From Massalongia carnosa (Eukaryota): a stretch of DNA of 64,000 nt. The notes beneath the pieces were generated by a model. It had not been told where the DNA came from. It ran no database searches and saw only the letters and a list, made by a program, of their open reading frames with translations. The stretch covers positions 1,364,001-1,428,000 of the forward strand of contig OZ287067.1 of NCBI GenBank assembly GCA_965645245.1, written 5' to 3'. A program made the position numbers and the translations under genes. The stretch's first letter is position 1; every line of letters starts with the position of its first letter. This document shows, piece after piece, positions 23,417-36,752 of the stretch.

Positions 23417-24857
23417 CTTTTGCTCGTTGAAAGTAGGATTTTTTTTTACAACTGTTGAGAGAGAAGGCTGGGAAATCTAGAATGAAAGTAAACCAAGTTT
23501 CTAAATGAAGAAAGAACACCAATAGAAATGCAAATGAACTTTGGAGATTAGCTGTACTTATATTCATGCTGGTGGGTTTAGGTGGAGTAATAAAGCCAGT
23601 AAGTGCTGGAAGGTAATCCTTGTAGGTCGTATACGATATTACGATGTAACGAGAAGAAATTTCCCGACAAGCTATGTTGCCGGACGACTTCAGTTAGGCC
23701 TGAGAAGAGTCGGGAGTGCATAGATTCTGGATTAGCAGGATTCCAATCAGGCTAAAAGGTGTAACTCTGATCGTCAAATGGATTCGTTAGTTTTGCGTAG
23801 CAATTTACGTGCTCAGCGAAGTCCTCGTATAGAAGCTAGCCTCATGGCCCCAGTACGAAAATACAATAGCGGTAGCGCCATATTGATTAGGGGTTTGCAT
23901 TGAGCGGTCAAAAGCCACACAAGTTGCTTTTGCGTGTAGGTTGTTGTGTAGTGAGTATTGTAAGAGGAGAAAAAACTGTGAGTAATAGAATTCCTCCCTT
24001 TGTAGCATCAAAATGAGAAGTCGGGACTAGAACACAAATTGCTCGCTCCAGAGCGTTTTACACGTAGCACCACCCACATGTAGCCTGGTCCGTACGCTGT
24101 AACGTAACGGCTAAGAGTATGTGCCAACTGATTCGCATGAGAAAACAAATAATAAACAGATCAGATCAAAAGGGATGATGATGTGACACTTGGCTCGTTT
24201 TTTTCGGACTATTTGTATTTGAAGTCTATTTGCGAAGGCATACCTTGCTCTGTGGATATGCGATGGTACGAGCCGCAGATAGATCAACTTGCAAGAAACT
24301 TACCAAAATGCCTGACAATGATCTTCCTCCATATGTAGTACAAAGAACGGAGTACGGTGTAGAGGTTACACTCTGCCTGCATGAGCCTTGGTGCATCCCT
24401 TAGGCTCTTGGGGGCCGAGCAGCCAATTATCTCGAAGGAAGATAGAGTACAAGCCGGAGCCAAATTCATCAGCGTCTCTGAATGGCGTACCAATGCTCTA
24501 TTTCTGAGATTCAACACAGACTGGTTTAAAAAGGAGTGGAGAGGCAAATAATCATGTTAAAGGCACGTGACAAAATTCTTCAACCATCATATCACCCGCC
24601 TAAGCCTTATATTTTCTATCTTCGCGCTTGTAGATCCGGACACCCGGAATGGAACAACTTTAGCACCCTGATAGCTAACGGAACAACTTCTCGGGCCGCA
24701 AAATGCCAGCTTCATTACGTAATCATGAATTATCACAAATCACCTTTAAACGCTGCTAATCGAGTAAACATGTCTACTTATGATATACAAGCTTGTTCTC
24801 AGCCTCCCTGGCAGCTGATATTGTGCCGTTTCTAAAGCTAACCCTCATCCAATCTTT

Positions 24858-27800
24858 ATGATGGCACGTCTTGGCAGGTTCGGCTTTTTGGTGTTGGCGG
24901 TGGTATTTCATTTGGTTTATATCTATTCCATTTTCGACATTTATTTTGTCAGCCCTATCGTTAGTGGCATGAAAGCCTTCGAAATCGAACGAAGTAGCAA
25001 TATCGAAGCCCCTGCGCAGAGATTGGTCCTGTTTGTTGGTGATGGCTTGCGGGCTGATAAGGCTTTCCAGTCCTTTGCAGACCCCTCACCATCGGCTCCT
25101 CACGCGCCTGGAGCTCTTGAACCCCGTCCTCTAGCGCCTTTTCTTCGGTCTTGCGTCCTACGACGTGGGACTTTCGGGGTATCCCATACGCGTGTTCCGA
25201 CTGAATCAAGACCTGGGCATGTAGCACTGATCGCTGGGTTATATGAGGATGTCTCCGCGGTGACTACAGGCTGGAAGCTGAATCCAGTGAATTTCGACAG
25301 CGTTTTTAATCGGAGCCGGCATACATGGAGTTGGGGAAGCCCTGATATATTGCCGATGTTTAAGGAAGGTGCTGTTCAAGGACGAGTAGACGCTGATGTC
25401 TATGGAGAGGAGGCGGAGGATTTTACCCAGGGTATACTCCCTCGGAAGAGGTTACATTATAAATGAAAACTGACACTTGGCAGATGCAACGCAGTTGGAC
25501 ACATGGGTATTCGAGAAGGTCAAAGAGATGTTCAGCGCTGCTTTAAAGAATGAAACCCTTGATACTGCACTTCGGCAAGATAGAAACATTTTCTTCCTGC
25601 ACTTGCTGGGTTTAGATACCACCGGTCATGCATATCGTCCATACTCTAATGAATATTTGCACAATATAAAAGTTGTGGACAAAGGACTGAAAGAAATGAC
25701 GAAGCTAATAGACGAGTTTTATGGTGATGGTAAAACCGCTTATGTTTTCACTGCAGATCATGGTATGACCGATTGGGGAAGTCACGGAGACGGCCATCCA
25801 GATAATACTCGCACGCCTTTAGTTGCATGGGGCTCCGGCGTTGCAAAGCCCATTCTCAACTCAACGGGAAAAGCGCTAGGTCACGAAGATGGGTTTTCTT
25901 CGGATTGGGGGCTGGGTCATGTTCAAAGACATGATGTCTCGCAAGCAGACATTGCGACATTGATGGCATATCTTGCCGGACTCGAGTTTCCAGTCAACTC
26001 GGTGGGTGAGCTCCCTCTTTCATATCTTGCTGCAAATCCGAAAGAGAAGGCAGAAGCAGCTCTAGTCAACGCTAGAGGCGTATTAGAGATGTATCGTGTT
26101 AAAGAGGAGGGGAAACGGGCTACCGAGTTGCGTTATAGACCTTTTTCACCACTGGGTGATGAGAAGCATTCGGTAGAGCACCGCGTGAATGAAATAAGAA
26201 CCACGATCGATCAAGGAAAGTATGATCAAGCAATAGCCATGAGCCAGGATTTACTTCATCTTGGACTTGATGGACTACGATATTTACAGATATATGACTG
26301 GCTTTTCTTGCGAGCCCTAGTCACGACTGGATACTTGGGATGGATCGCTTTTGCGCTTACAACTGTCATAGATCTTCATGTACTCCAAGGAAAATCTCGG
26401 ACTTCCCGAACTTCTGCGACATCTGCAGTCTTTGGCGCATTGGTGACCTGTTTCTTCTCGTTTTTATGGATTCGTAAAGCGCCAACAACATTCTATGCCT
26501 ATAGTATATTTTCCCTGGCGCTCTGGGAAGAAGTAATTGCAAGGAGGGAGGCAATACTTCAAGGAAGCCGGGTGCTTCTACAAAAATTTCAATCTAGGAA
26601 AGATCTCATACTGTTGGCATTGAAGACGCTTGCATTTTTTGGGCTATTGGAAGCTCTTGTAAGTATTGTTGCGTCTGTCTTCATCCCTTAGTATCCGGCG
26701 CTAATGTCAACGATCTAGGTGTTATCATATTTCTATCGTACAGTTTACACATTGTGTTTCATAGCGGCAGCAGCTTGGCCAGCGTTTTATGGGTGGAAGT
26801 TCGTCAGTCAGAACAGAATTTTAGTTGCGACTTGGGTTGTCGTTTGTCACTCAATGAGCATTTTCACTCTTTTGCCTGTCATCAAGGTAGAGAATACTGC
26901 GATAATGTAAGTTTAGAAAATCCGCTCCCTTCTTATCTCTTTTTACATCCGAAATGACGTGAGGCTTGCTAAGGAACCAAACCACAGATTGTTAGGAGGC
27001 GTGTTAATGCTCTCTGTCGGTATATTGTATCTTCTCTTCGAAAAAAGCATTTTGTCTTCAATAGGTTCACCATGCGCTGCGATCGATTCTCTCTCAAAAA
27101 GCATCCTTGGAGTACAGATAGGCCTGATTTTGTTAGCCATGATAGTCACGCGCTCCAGCATTGCATCTTTGCAGGCGAAGCGTGGCCTACCGCTGGGTAA
27201 TCAAGTAGTGGGGTGGCTGGTTCTCAGTACGCTGATTTCCCACATCCTTTGATTCATCCATTTACAACCGCTGATTATAGAACTCGATAGTTGGGTCCCT
27301 CTCCCTTCCCTTTCTCCACGGCCTCCGGCCGAACAACCATTATCTCCACCGGCTCGTCATAATCTTCCTAACCTTCTCCCCCGTCTTCATCATCCTCACC
27401 ATTTCCTATGAAGGTATCTTCTACTTTGTCTTCTGCGCCACCCTCTTCACCTGGATCCGCCTCGAACACCACATCCATGCATTCCGCACCTCCTACCACC
27501 CGTCCCCGCTAACCCCACTTTTAACCCCCGAACCACTCACTGCTATCTCTGCCGACCTCCCATCCTCTCCTTCCTACCGCACCCTCTCCCTCGGCGAGCT
27601 CCGCCCCTCCCTCTTCTTCCTCTTTCTCCTTCAATCCGCCTTCTTCTCCACCGGTAACATCGCCTCCATTTCTTCCTTCTCCCTCGACTCCGTCTACCGG
27701 CTCATCCCGATCTTCAACCCTTTCTCTCAAGGCGCTCTACTCCTGCTCAAGCTACTCGTTCCCTTCGCCGTCATCAGTGCCCACCTAGGTATCCTTACCC

Positions 27801-28198
27801 GCCGCCTCGGCGTCCCGCCCAGCTCTCTCTTCATGCCCGTCATGGCCTTTGGCGATGTACTGACCATGAATTTCTTCTGGATGGTGCGCGACGAGGGGAG
27901 TTGGCTGGATATCGGCACGAGCATCAGCCATTTTTGCATCGCGAGCTTGTTGTGTGCGTTTGTAGCTGGATTGGAATTCTTAAGCGAGGTGTTTGTCAGC
28001 GGGGTTGAGTTTGGGTTGGAGGTTGAGAAGGTGAAAGGAGAGGAAGAAGCTGCCATGAGGCGTGATACGGAGGAGAGAATCCAGAACGGGGCTGCGATTG
28101 GAATTCTTCCTGGGAACCCGGATCAGGATGAGGCTGCGCAAATCTCCTCTCCCGTGAAAGGAGGGAAGGAGGAGAACAGGGGGCGGAAGATTATGTGA
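24858..28198 (+). CDS. MCD4: GPI ethanolamine phosphate transferase 1 (PIG-N), 5 exons
   Basis: [64 protein letters not shown], and the PigN C-terminus [30 protein letters not shown]. Confidence 0.96.
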
Positions 28199-28768
28199 AA
28201 GACGAGATGGATGCGAATGAAATTCGGGTTGGGGAGGTGCCAGGGGATGCTTCAACTAAGCTTGTTTCACGTTTGCCCCATTAAGTAGATAGATAGTTGA
28301 ATCTAGGTTGGGCTTTTTGCATTATTTTCCCTCTCGGGCGCCTTTTCTCCTAAAAATAATCCGATGCGAGCGGTCAAGCCGATGCAAATAGATAGTGTAT
28401 GAAGCAGTTGCCCCCTCCCTCCCATTAGACTTTCAGTTAAGGGGAAAAAAGTAGTATACAAAGGTACATAAACAACCTATAAGCGAAACTGCTGTTGTTA
28501 TCCGGGGGTAACAAAACATAGGTATCCCACCACATCATCGCATAACCCTGATAAACATACCAGGCATAACGCACCCCAGAGCAAATAAGCATGGCCTACC
28601 CTATAGAGATCTCAAGACCATTTCGCCTAAAACGCCCCCTTTCCCCTCATCATTCCATTAACAAGAGCCCAGCGAATAACCGCCCCCCCCCCTCCCTTTC
28701 CTTCTTCCCTCCCCTCTCCCCACCCAAAGCCTAACAAAAATACCTACTGACCAACTCAACAAAAACCC

Positions 28769-30566
28769 CTATCCATCCCTCCCGTCCTCTCGTCGGCGCT
28801 TCGTCAAAGTCTCCACGACGCGCCCATAAAACATAGCAGCGTTGACGCGCGAGAAAGCGATCTCCTCACTCAGGTAGTCGGGCAGCAGCTCTAGCAGGTC
28901 GCGGTCACGGTTGGCGTCCAGGCGCGGGGTGTAGAGGAAGGTTGTGTCTTCGTAGTGGACTTTGGCATCCGTATCGTTGGCGACGGCTAGGTGGAAGTGG
29001 AGAGCTAGGAGTGTGAAGGGGAGGTTGTGTTAGCGTTTTGAATACGGGTTTGCAAAGAGGTTCTGTTTCTGCGGATATTCTGGGTGGGGGACTTGAGGTG
29101 GTGCTTACTTCCGTTACGTCCGGTTTGGATGCAGTCGTAAATGTCAGATTCCTCGCCGCGCTCCACGCCACGTAGGATCAAGCCGGTGAGATCGCTGTAG
29201 AGGTCTTCCTTTAGTAGGGCCACCTGCGCCGCTTGTGCCGCCTCGGCGCTGCCGACCATGATGGTTCGCGGCTGGCCTTTACCCTTTATGACGCTCCCTG
29301 GTGTCTTTGCGTGCACGCTCTCAACAGCAACGGAGGCGCTGCGGGAGTTGGCGAGTTTGACTTGCAGGGCCTTAATCTCGCTTTGAGCTTCGGAAAGGGA
29401 GGTAGTGAGCTCCGCAGCGTGCTGTTGAGATTTTGAGAGCGCGGCATCGCTGGCTGTGAGCTGTTTCTGGAGGGAGCGCGATTCTTGGGCGATGGATTTC
29501 TGGGTCGCGAGCTCCTTCTTCAGGGAGATTATGAGCTCATTCGCGGCTATATTTCGGTTTAGCAACTTTTTAATAATCTAAATCGCGAAACAGTTTTACC
29601 ATTCGCTTTAGCTTCAGATTCGGTCTTTAGCTTTTCGAAATTTACTTCCGCTTGTTTGATACCGACTTCTCGGAGATTTCGATACCTTGTGTCCAAGCTC
29701 TCCAGCTCCTTGGTTATTTCTCCAAGCCTTCTCCTTGTCGCGGGGTCACCAGTTATTACTCGTTCAGCATCAGAAGCACTGCCACCTCTTCTTCTGGCTA
29801 GAAAAGGTTGGGCTTGCCGTGAGTTTGATCGTTTATTACTTGATCGGCGGAAGACTGATTGTGGAATGTCATCCTCAAGATCTTCGTCGTTCAAAAATGT
29901 AGGCACGTCAAGATCCATTGGCTCTTCTTGGGTTTCTGGGATGATTTTCGGTGCATGTTGAGGCTCTCTGGACAAATTGCGCCGATTAGCGACCAGCGGT
30001 TTCGTCGTTGCAGTAGCTTTTTTCGTGAGTGTACTTTGGCGGGCAATAGTTGGAGTATACTCAAATTCTCCATCGTTTTCTGCTACCATGGTTTGTTGAG
30101 GAAGTTCTGGTTTCTGCGGTTCGGTGGCTTTTTCGGCCGGCTTCCCTCGCTTTTTAGGTTGCTCCTTCAAAACAAGTTCATCCATTGACACCGCAGCTTC
30201 TTCTCCTTCAAGCTCCTTTTCCATCCGTTCATCCGTATTGGCCGTCTCTTCAACACCATTGTGATGTTTATTATTCGCCTGTTCTTTCAAAGCCGTTCGC
30301 TGAGTCGTGGCAGCCTTCCGAGGAGCTCCTCTCTTTTTTGTCACGGCTGGTTTACCAATTCCACCTTTGTTTGTTTGGGCTCTCGTATTTCTTGTAGCTA
30401 CAGCCTTTGGTCTTCCAGGAGGTCGTCGTTCTTTCGGAGCAGGGATGGAGTTTTCTTGGTTCGACTCCGGCGTAAGAAGAGCGTCTCGATCACTATTATG
30501 CTCGTCTTCCTCCATTTCTGAGTCGATCAAGTTCGAGAGCGATGCGACAGCTTTTGGTTTTGTCAT
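28769..30566 (-). CDS. Monopolin subunit Csm1/Pcs1 family protein (3 exons)
   Basis: Disordered N-terminus and coiled coil, then KEDLYSDLTGLILRGV..YDCIQTGRNG|LHFHL..FLYTPRLDANRDRDLLELLPDYLSEEIAFSR (Csm1 C-terminal domain). Confidence 0.88.
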
Positions 30567-30626
30567 AGCGAGATAGCGCAATGTAGAGCTTGAAATGGAC
30601 CATCCAGCACACACAGTGAACACAGG

Positions 30627-30658
30627 GTAAACGCGAAAGTAAACATGTGGAGTAAACA
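30627..30658. promoter_or_regulatory. Putative cell-cycle element cluster: ACGCGAAA (MCB/SCB-like) plus two forkhead GTAAACA sites in the CSM1/MSP1 divergent promoter
   Basis: GTAAACGCGAAAGTAAACATGTGGAGTAAACA lies 60-90 nt upstream of the Csm1 ATG; motif match only. Confidence 0.5.
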
Positions 30659-30799
30659 CAAGCGCATTAATAAATTACGGGATAACGCCGGGGATAGCGT
30701 TAGCGTAAGTTTTATTTCCATTCAGCAACTTCATCATTCTGTGCACATACGTATCTGGGTCAGGCTTCAATAACACCCAGAGGCTATATCAGTTCCAGA

Positions 30800-32136
30800 A
30801 TGTCTACAAGAAAATTAGGCCTTCTCCAGGATATAATCCTCATCGCTGCCGCTGTAAGCAAATATCAAATCTTTAAATTTCCAAAGCTTGACGCTTTACT
30901 GATCTGCTTACCTCAGAACGTATCAGCATACTACTTGGTTCGTTACGCGTTGTCAAGGCTGGAATCTGAGGGGGATAAAGAGCAAGCTACCCGCAAATCT
31001 GCTGCTGCGGCTATCCTCCGCAGGTTAGATATCAAGCCGCATCACGACGAAGAAAAAAATACGGACGACGGCAGAGCTCGAAGAACTAGGAAGGAAAACC
31101 TTGTCTTAAATCAATATGAAAATACGATTGCCATGGATGTTGTTGCTCCCGAGGATATAGCCGTAACTTTTGAAGGTTAGCTAACTTTATACCCTACTGG
31201 GTGGGACGGGCAGAACTGACTGAAACAACCTGCGTAGATATCGGTGGACTTGGTGATATAATTGAGGAACTCAAAGAATCTGTCATTTATCCTTTGACTA
31301 TGCCCCATCTCTATTCAAATACTTCCTCGTTGTTATCAGCACCTTCGGGTGTACTGCTATACGGACCCCCAGGCTGTGGGAAAACTATGCTCGCCAAGGC
31401 TTTGGCGCATGAGAGCGGCGCAACCTTTATCAATCTACACATATCAACACTGACAGAGAAATGGTATGGAGACTCGAACAAATTGGTAAACGCAGTTTTC
31501 TCATTGGCAGCAAAGCTAGAGCCAAGTATTGTTTTCATCGATGAGATCGATGCTGTGCTTGGTACTAGGAGAGCTGGAGAGCATGAGGCGAGCGGGATGG
31601 TCAAAGCCGAGTTCATGACATTGTGGGATGGATTGACCTCTGCTAGCACATCTGGCCAACCGCAGCGAATACTTGTTTTAGGCGCTACCAACCGGATACA
31701 AGCAATCGATGAAGCCATATTACGACGGATGCCCAAAAAGTTTGCAGTCTCCTTGCCAACAGCACCACAACGTCTACGAATTCTGGGCCTCATTCTCAAG
31801 GATACAAGGATCGACAAGTCGAACTTTGACCTTGAGTATTTAGTTCGAGTTACGGCTGGAATGTCAGGTAGCGACATCAAAGAAGCTTGCCGCGATGCAG
31901 CCATGGTCCCTGTTCGAGAATTTATCCGGCAAAAAAGAGCTTTGGGCGAACAAATGGGAGCAGTAAATCCCGGTGAGGTGCGTGGTTTACGAACGCAGGA
32001 TTTCTTCGGATCGGCTAGTGGCGCTCAGGGTCAGTTAGAACGACAAGAAAAGCCTACGGAAGCAACGGGATTGATAGCAGCCTCGGAAGCCTCGGAACTA
32101 TCCGAAGGTTCGGATGGAGCAGAGTCCACGGATTAA
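30800..32136 (+). CDS. MSP1: Mitochondrial outer-membrane AAA ATPase Msp1/ATAD1 (3 exons)
   Basis: LNQYENTIAMDVVAPEDI.VTFE|DIGGL..ELKESVIYPL, Walker A GPPGCGKT, TEKWYGDSNKLV, Walker B IVFIDEID, EHEASGMVKAEFM and ILRRMPK. Confidence 0.95.
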
Positions 32137-33163
32137 AGCATGATACCCAAAGTAATGATTATGGCGTCAAGGGGCTCCATGGCGTGAAGCCTGGGTTTGG
32201 CGTATCTCCTCCTAGTCTGCGTAGATCATACACTGTCTATCGAAACGGACATATTTCTGGAGCTCTATGCAAGTTTCTCGCAGACATTCATGCTTCCTGG
32301 GCGTGTGGCTCGCTCAGAATGAGGTTCGGCACAGACTCGGTCAGTTAATTCGATCTCGGGCTCGTGGTGAGGATCTGATGACAGTTATTTCATTGAAGTA
32401 GCCAAGGGTGGTAAGTTGGTTCGGAATCTTGTATGAGTAATCGAGATCGATTTAATGGCATTCAGGTTCGTTCTTGTTTCTCTGCGTTTCACGACAAGGA
32501 ATATTGAAGCCGATTGTGGAGAAACATAATATTGAATACTGGAGTATGGAGCACGTTCTATGTACTCGGTATATAAACTACATATGACCAACCAATGTCG
32601 ATACATGCAGTGGCTAGGTGAACATAAGTGCTTGATGCGATGTTGCGTCTTCGCTCTCCCACCAATTTGTATGAAAAGGGTTACAAAGGAATACAAGTCA
32701 TCGAGGACTCCACACAATGCATTAGGGCTAGGGCTGCGTTCAGCAAGCCCTATTAACAGCTTCATTATGTAACTAGACAATCAACAATGGCGTGATTAGC
32801 ACATTTCTAATCATTATGTAAGCATTAACCCATGCCTGCGAAAACTCGCCATATCATTCGTACCTCGCATGATGATTGATGATATTTGCTAACATTGTAC
32901 CACCAGTATTTGCTGGTATTCGCTGGTATTCGCTGTCATCTGCTGAAGCGTATTGATCTGGTTCGACACGGAAAGCCGAGAAGAATGATCTATTTCTTAA
33001 AAACTTGATTACCACGAGCAATCTCAGTTGAACATGACTGTGGAACAGCGTCTTGAAGCCTTTTTTCTCGTTCTTCACCCATTTCCAAAAAGCGGTCAGA
33101 CTGAAGAAGCTTAGGCGGTGCGCTTTTACTCAACATATCAGACCTGTCATTCAGTTCTACACC

Positions 33164-34668
33164 ATGTCCGCGCCAAGTGCAAGTAAGGATTCCTTGTCGA
33201 GCTCGTCGACTGGTCTGAAATCGCTGGGGAAAGCGTTCGCGAACGTCGATTTGGATGGTCATAACCTACCGCCCTCACCCGCACCTTCAAGCCCCCGGAA
33301 TGGCAAGAAGTACGCATTTGCGACAGAGTTGGTCTATACAGAGAGCAGTGATCAGTACAATGCCAGCAGTGTGCCCATATACCAGGTATGGAGCAAGTAG
33401 AGTCTTCAGGGGTCCTTCGAGGCGCCCCCGACACTCTGTCTGAGCTAATCTTTCCTTCGTGCCGCAGTCCGCCACATTCAAGCAAAGTCCCGGTGGTGGA
33501 GAAGGAGAATATGATTACACAAGATCTGGCAACCCTACACGAACACACCTCGAGCGTCACCTGGCGAAGATCATGTCGGCGGAACGCGCTCTCGTTGTAT
33601 CTTCTGGGATGGGCGCTCTGGACGTAATCACCCGCTTACTCCGGCCAGGAGACGAGGTGGTGACTGGGGATGATCTGTACGGCGGTACGAACCGCTTGTT
33701 AAACTATCTTGCGACAAACGGAGAGATCATTGTCCATCACGTCGACACCACGGTTCCAGAATCTGTTAGGCAAGTCCTGGGACCCAAAACTGCCATGGTG
33801 CTTCTAGAGTCACCCACCAACCCTCTGATCAAGATCGTTGATATCCCGGCAATCGCCACGCTTGCTCACGATGCAAATCCGAATGCGTTGGTGGCGGTGG
33901 ATAACACCATGCTGTCGCCTCTTTTACAGAACCCTCTCGATCTGGGAGCGGATATTGTATACGAAAGCGGCACAAAGTACCTGTCAGGTCATCATGATCT
34001 TATGGCTGGAGTCTTGGCGATCAACAACAGCGCTCTAGGGGAAAAGCTTTACTTCACAATCAACTCTACCGGATGTGGCCTGGCCCCTTTCGACTCGTGG
34101 CTGCTTATGCGAGGCATCAAGACGCTCAAAGTCCGGCTGGAACAACAGCAATCCAACGCTCAGCGGATCGCCGAGTTTCTGGAAGCCCGCGGCTTCCGGG
34201 TGCGATATCCCGGCCTCAAATCGCATCCCCAGTACGAACTCCACAGTTCGATGGCTCGGGGCGCCGGCGCCGTTCTTTCATTCGAAACAGGCGACACCGG
34301 CACCAGCGAGCGAATTGTAGAGGCGGCACGGCTGTGGGCCATTAGTGTGAGTTTTGGATGCGTGAACAGCCTGATCAGCATGCCGTGCCGGATGAGCCAT
34401 GCCAGCATCGATAAAAAGACCAGGCAGGAACGAGCCATGCCGGAAGATATCATTCGATTATGTGTGGGGATTGAAGATGTAGATGATTTGATTGACGACC
34501 TGAGCCGAGCTGTAAGTTTGCTTTGTTTGCTCACCCTCCGTCTGACTTGGGCAGTTCGCTGACGATTCAATGAAGCTGGTGCAAGCGGGTGCAGTGCGCC
34601 TGACGCCCGACGGCGGATTCCATGCGGTTGGCAGGGGAGAAACTTTCAAGGCGTATTGCCATAGATGA
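33164..34668 (+). CDS. STR3: Cystathionine beta-lyase (3 exons)
   Basis: DQYNASSVPIYQ|SATFKQ..YDYTRSGNPTR, DDLYGGT, LESPTNP, VDNTM, PLP-lysine motif YESGTKYLSGHHD, ISVSFGCVNSLISMPC.MSHASI and IIRLCVGIED. Confidence 0.94.
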
Positions 34669-34935
34669 TGATGTATGCCATTTGATACAAATAAAAAGCT
34701 ACTCGGTGTGTTTTTCTATCAGCATCGCATCAGATATCCTAGTTCATTATTATACGTTCTTCCCCTCCACCCCTTTCCCCCGGGTTCTTGTCGCTTCAGC
34801 TTTCGCTGATCGATAATATTTTCTCAGCGTAAACATTAAATGCTTCTAACCATGGAACTATGTAACGGAAATGTCCTGATAAAAATCCGAACCCCACAAC
34901 AAAAGCAGTTTGTACTTGGTTACATATTATATCAT

Positions 34936-35039
34936 TTCTTCTTCTTCTTCTTCTTCTTCTTCTTCTTCTTCTTCTTCTTCTTCTTCTTCTTCTTCTTCTT
35001 CTTCTTCTTCTTCTTCTCCTTCTTCTTCTTCTTCTTCTT
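34936..35039. repeat. (TTC)n microsatellite, about 34 units with one TCC interruption
   Basis: Read directly. Confidence 0.97.
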
Positions 35040-36752
35040 ACTTTTTAAGCTATGTAGGTACGTAGGCAGGTACGTAGGTACGTATTTCCAGCAACGGACA
35101 ACGACGACGACTTAGGAGGTGTCTAATGAATATATATGTAAAATTTTCGTTCTTGGCAAAAAGCTTCTATATATACACGTCCAAATCTTCTCTCTCCCCT
35201 TTCCCTTTGGCTCTCTCTCCTCTCTCGCTCTACTTTCCCCATCCTCAACCCTCCCAAAAATCCACCTACCACCTTTCTTGCGAGAGAAATCTACCTACAA
35301 TACCTCTCTACCTATCTTAGATATCTTAAATATTCCAACTTCCATCTTCCCCTATCCTTTATGTGTATGTAACCTCCAATCATCAACACCACCATCACCA
35401 CCATCACCCACAAATTCTCTCTTACCCAAATTAAAAAAACCCCCCAGATTCTTCCTTTACCCAGGACTAGAAAGCATCCTCGTAACATAACATAGCATAT
35501 CATAGCATTAAATTCACCAAGATTAAAAAAACAAAGCAAAGCAGTCAACTGTTTAAAAGTTCCGAAAACTGGAAATCGGTAAGGGTTTGAAGGGAGAGGA
35601 GGGAAGTGAAGGGAAGGGAAGGGAAGAGTAAAGAGAGAAGGCAAGTAAGTAGGCGGATAAATGGATGAATAGATAGATGAAATTGACCAACTGTTCAACT
35701 TTCTTGTTCTCTTAGTTTGATTTAGCCTAGCTCGACTCTTTCTTCCGTTTTTTTCCTTCTCTTTCTTTCGTTAAATCCATCCTCTTTTCCAATCAATCGT
35801 TCACTTTTTTCTTCGTCTTCTTCTCCTTCTTCGCCTTTTCTCAATCTTCAACCCTTAACTCCAAAATTCCAATCCACAACCCCTTCAACCTACAAACCCC
35901 CTCCCCTCTCTCATTCCCCAGATCCCCTCCCTCTCCCAAACCCAGATCTCGGAGGTGTTCGCTTTTGGTTGAAGGCGATGTTTATGCTAGCGAGCGAGCG
36001 AGCTAACTAGAGGGATGGATAGATAGGATCATGTGGTGGGATTAATGGGGAGACAGAGAGGTGGGGTGGGGGCTGGCAGGAGGTGAAATAAATGGAAGGA
36101 GAGGGAAGCTGAAATAGATGGGAAGAAACAACACCGGACGAAACGGAGGGCTGGCGGCGATGGACAAGTGGGTGAGTGGGTGAAGGGAGGAGCGACATGA
36201 GTTCGGATGGGAGGAAGGGAGGCATGGAGAGAGATGTTCTAGAAAAATAGATCGAGCAAGGAAATTAGACGAGAAGGGGAACGGGAATAGGAGATGGGAG
36301 TTGAAAATGGAAAAGGGAATGAAGGAATAGAAAGGGATGGAAGGGGAGAAGTTGTCTCATCATCATCATCGTCGTCGTCGTCGTCAGCGTCAGAAAAGTC
36401 ATTCAAACATGGCATGAGAACAAACCAATCCGTTAGTCAAAAAAGGGTTTCCTGTGTCAAACTAAATGAAACCAAGTCTATAAACAAGCCCCAGCGAACC
36501 AAATCCATCCATCCATCCAATGTCGCCGAGCTGCCGCGATTAATGTTCCCCCCACATGAATAGAAGAAGGAGAAGAAGAACGCGAGTAAAATAAACTCAT
36601 TCTAAATCAAACCCGAAGCCCGGCACCCGTCCTGCCTGGAGAAAGATCATCGAGGGATGAGATGGAGTTCAATCCTACGAGATAGCGTGAGGATTATAGA
36701 AGGGCTTCACGATCATCTCTCTCTTTAGGTATAAGTTCTCTGAGATTGGCTT

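Noticed and set aside
31311..31904. Long antisense ORFs over conserved genes (for example 197 aa opposite MSP1, and others opposite STR3 and the R3H-associated gene)
   Set aside because: These are shadow ORFs caused by codon bias on the coding strand.
32866..32950. Possible box C/D snoRNA (ATGATGA at 32869, CTGA at 32943, 3-bp terminal stem)
   Set aside because: I recognise no rRNA/snRNA-complementary guide, and such short motifs occur by chance; snoscan would be needed.
34840..35115. Poly-Phe ORF
   Set aside because: It is the translation of the (TTC)n microsatellite.
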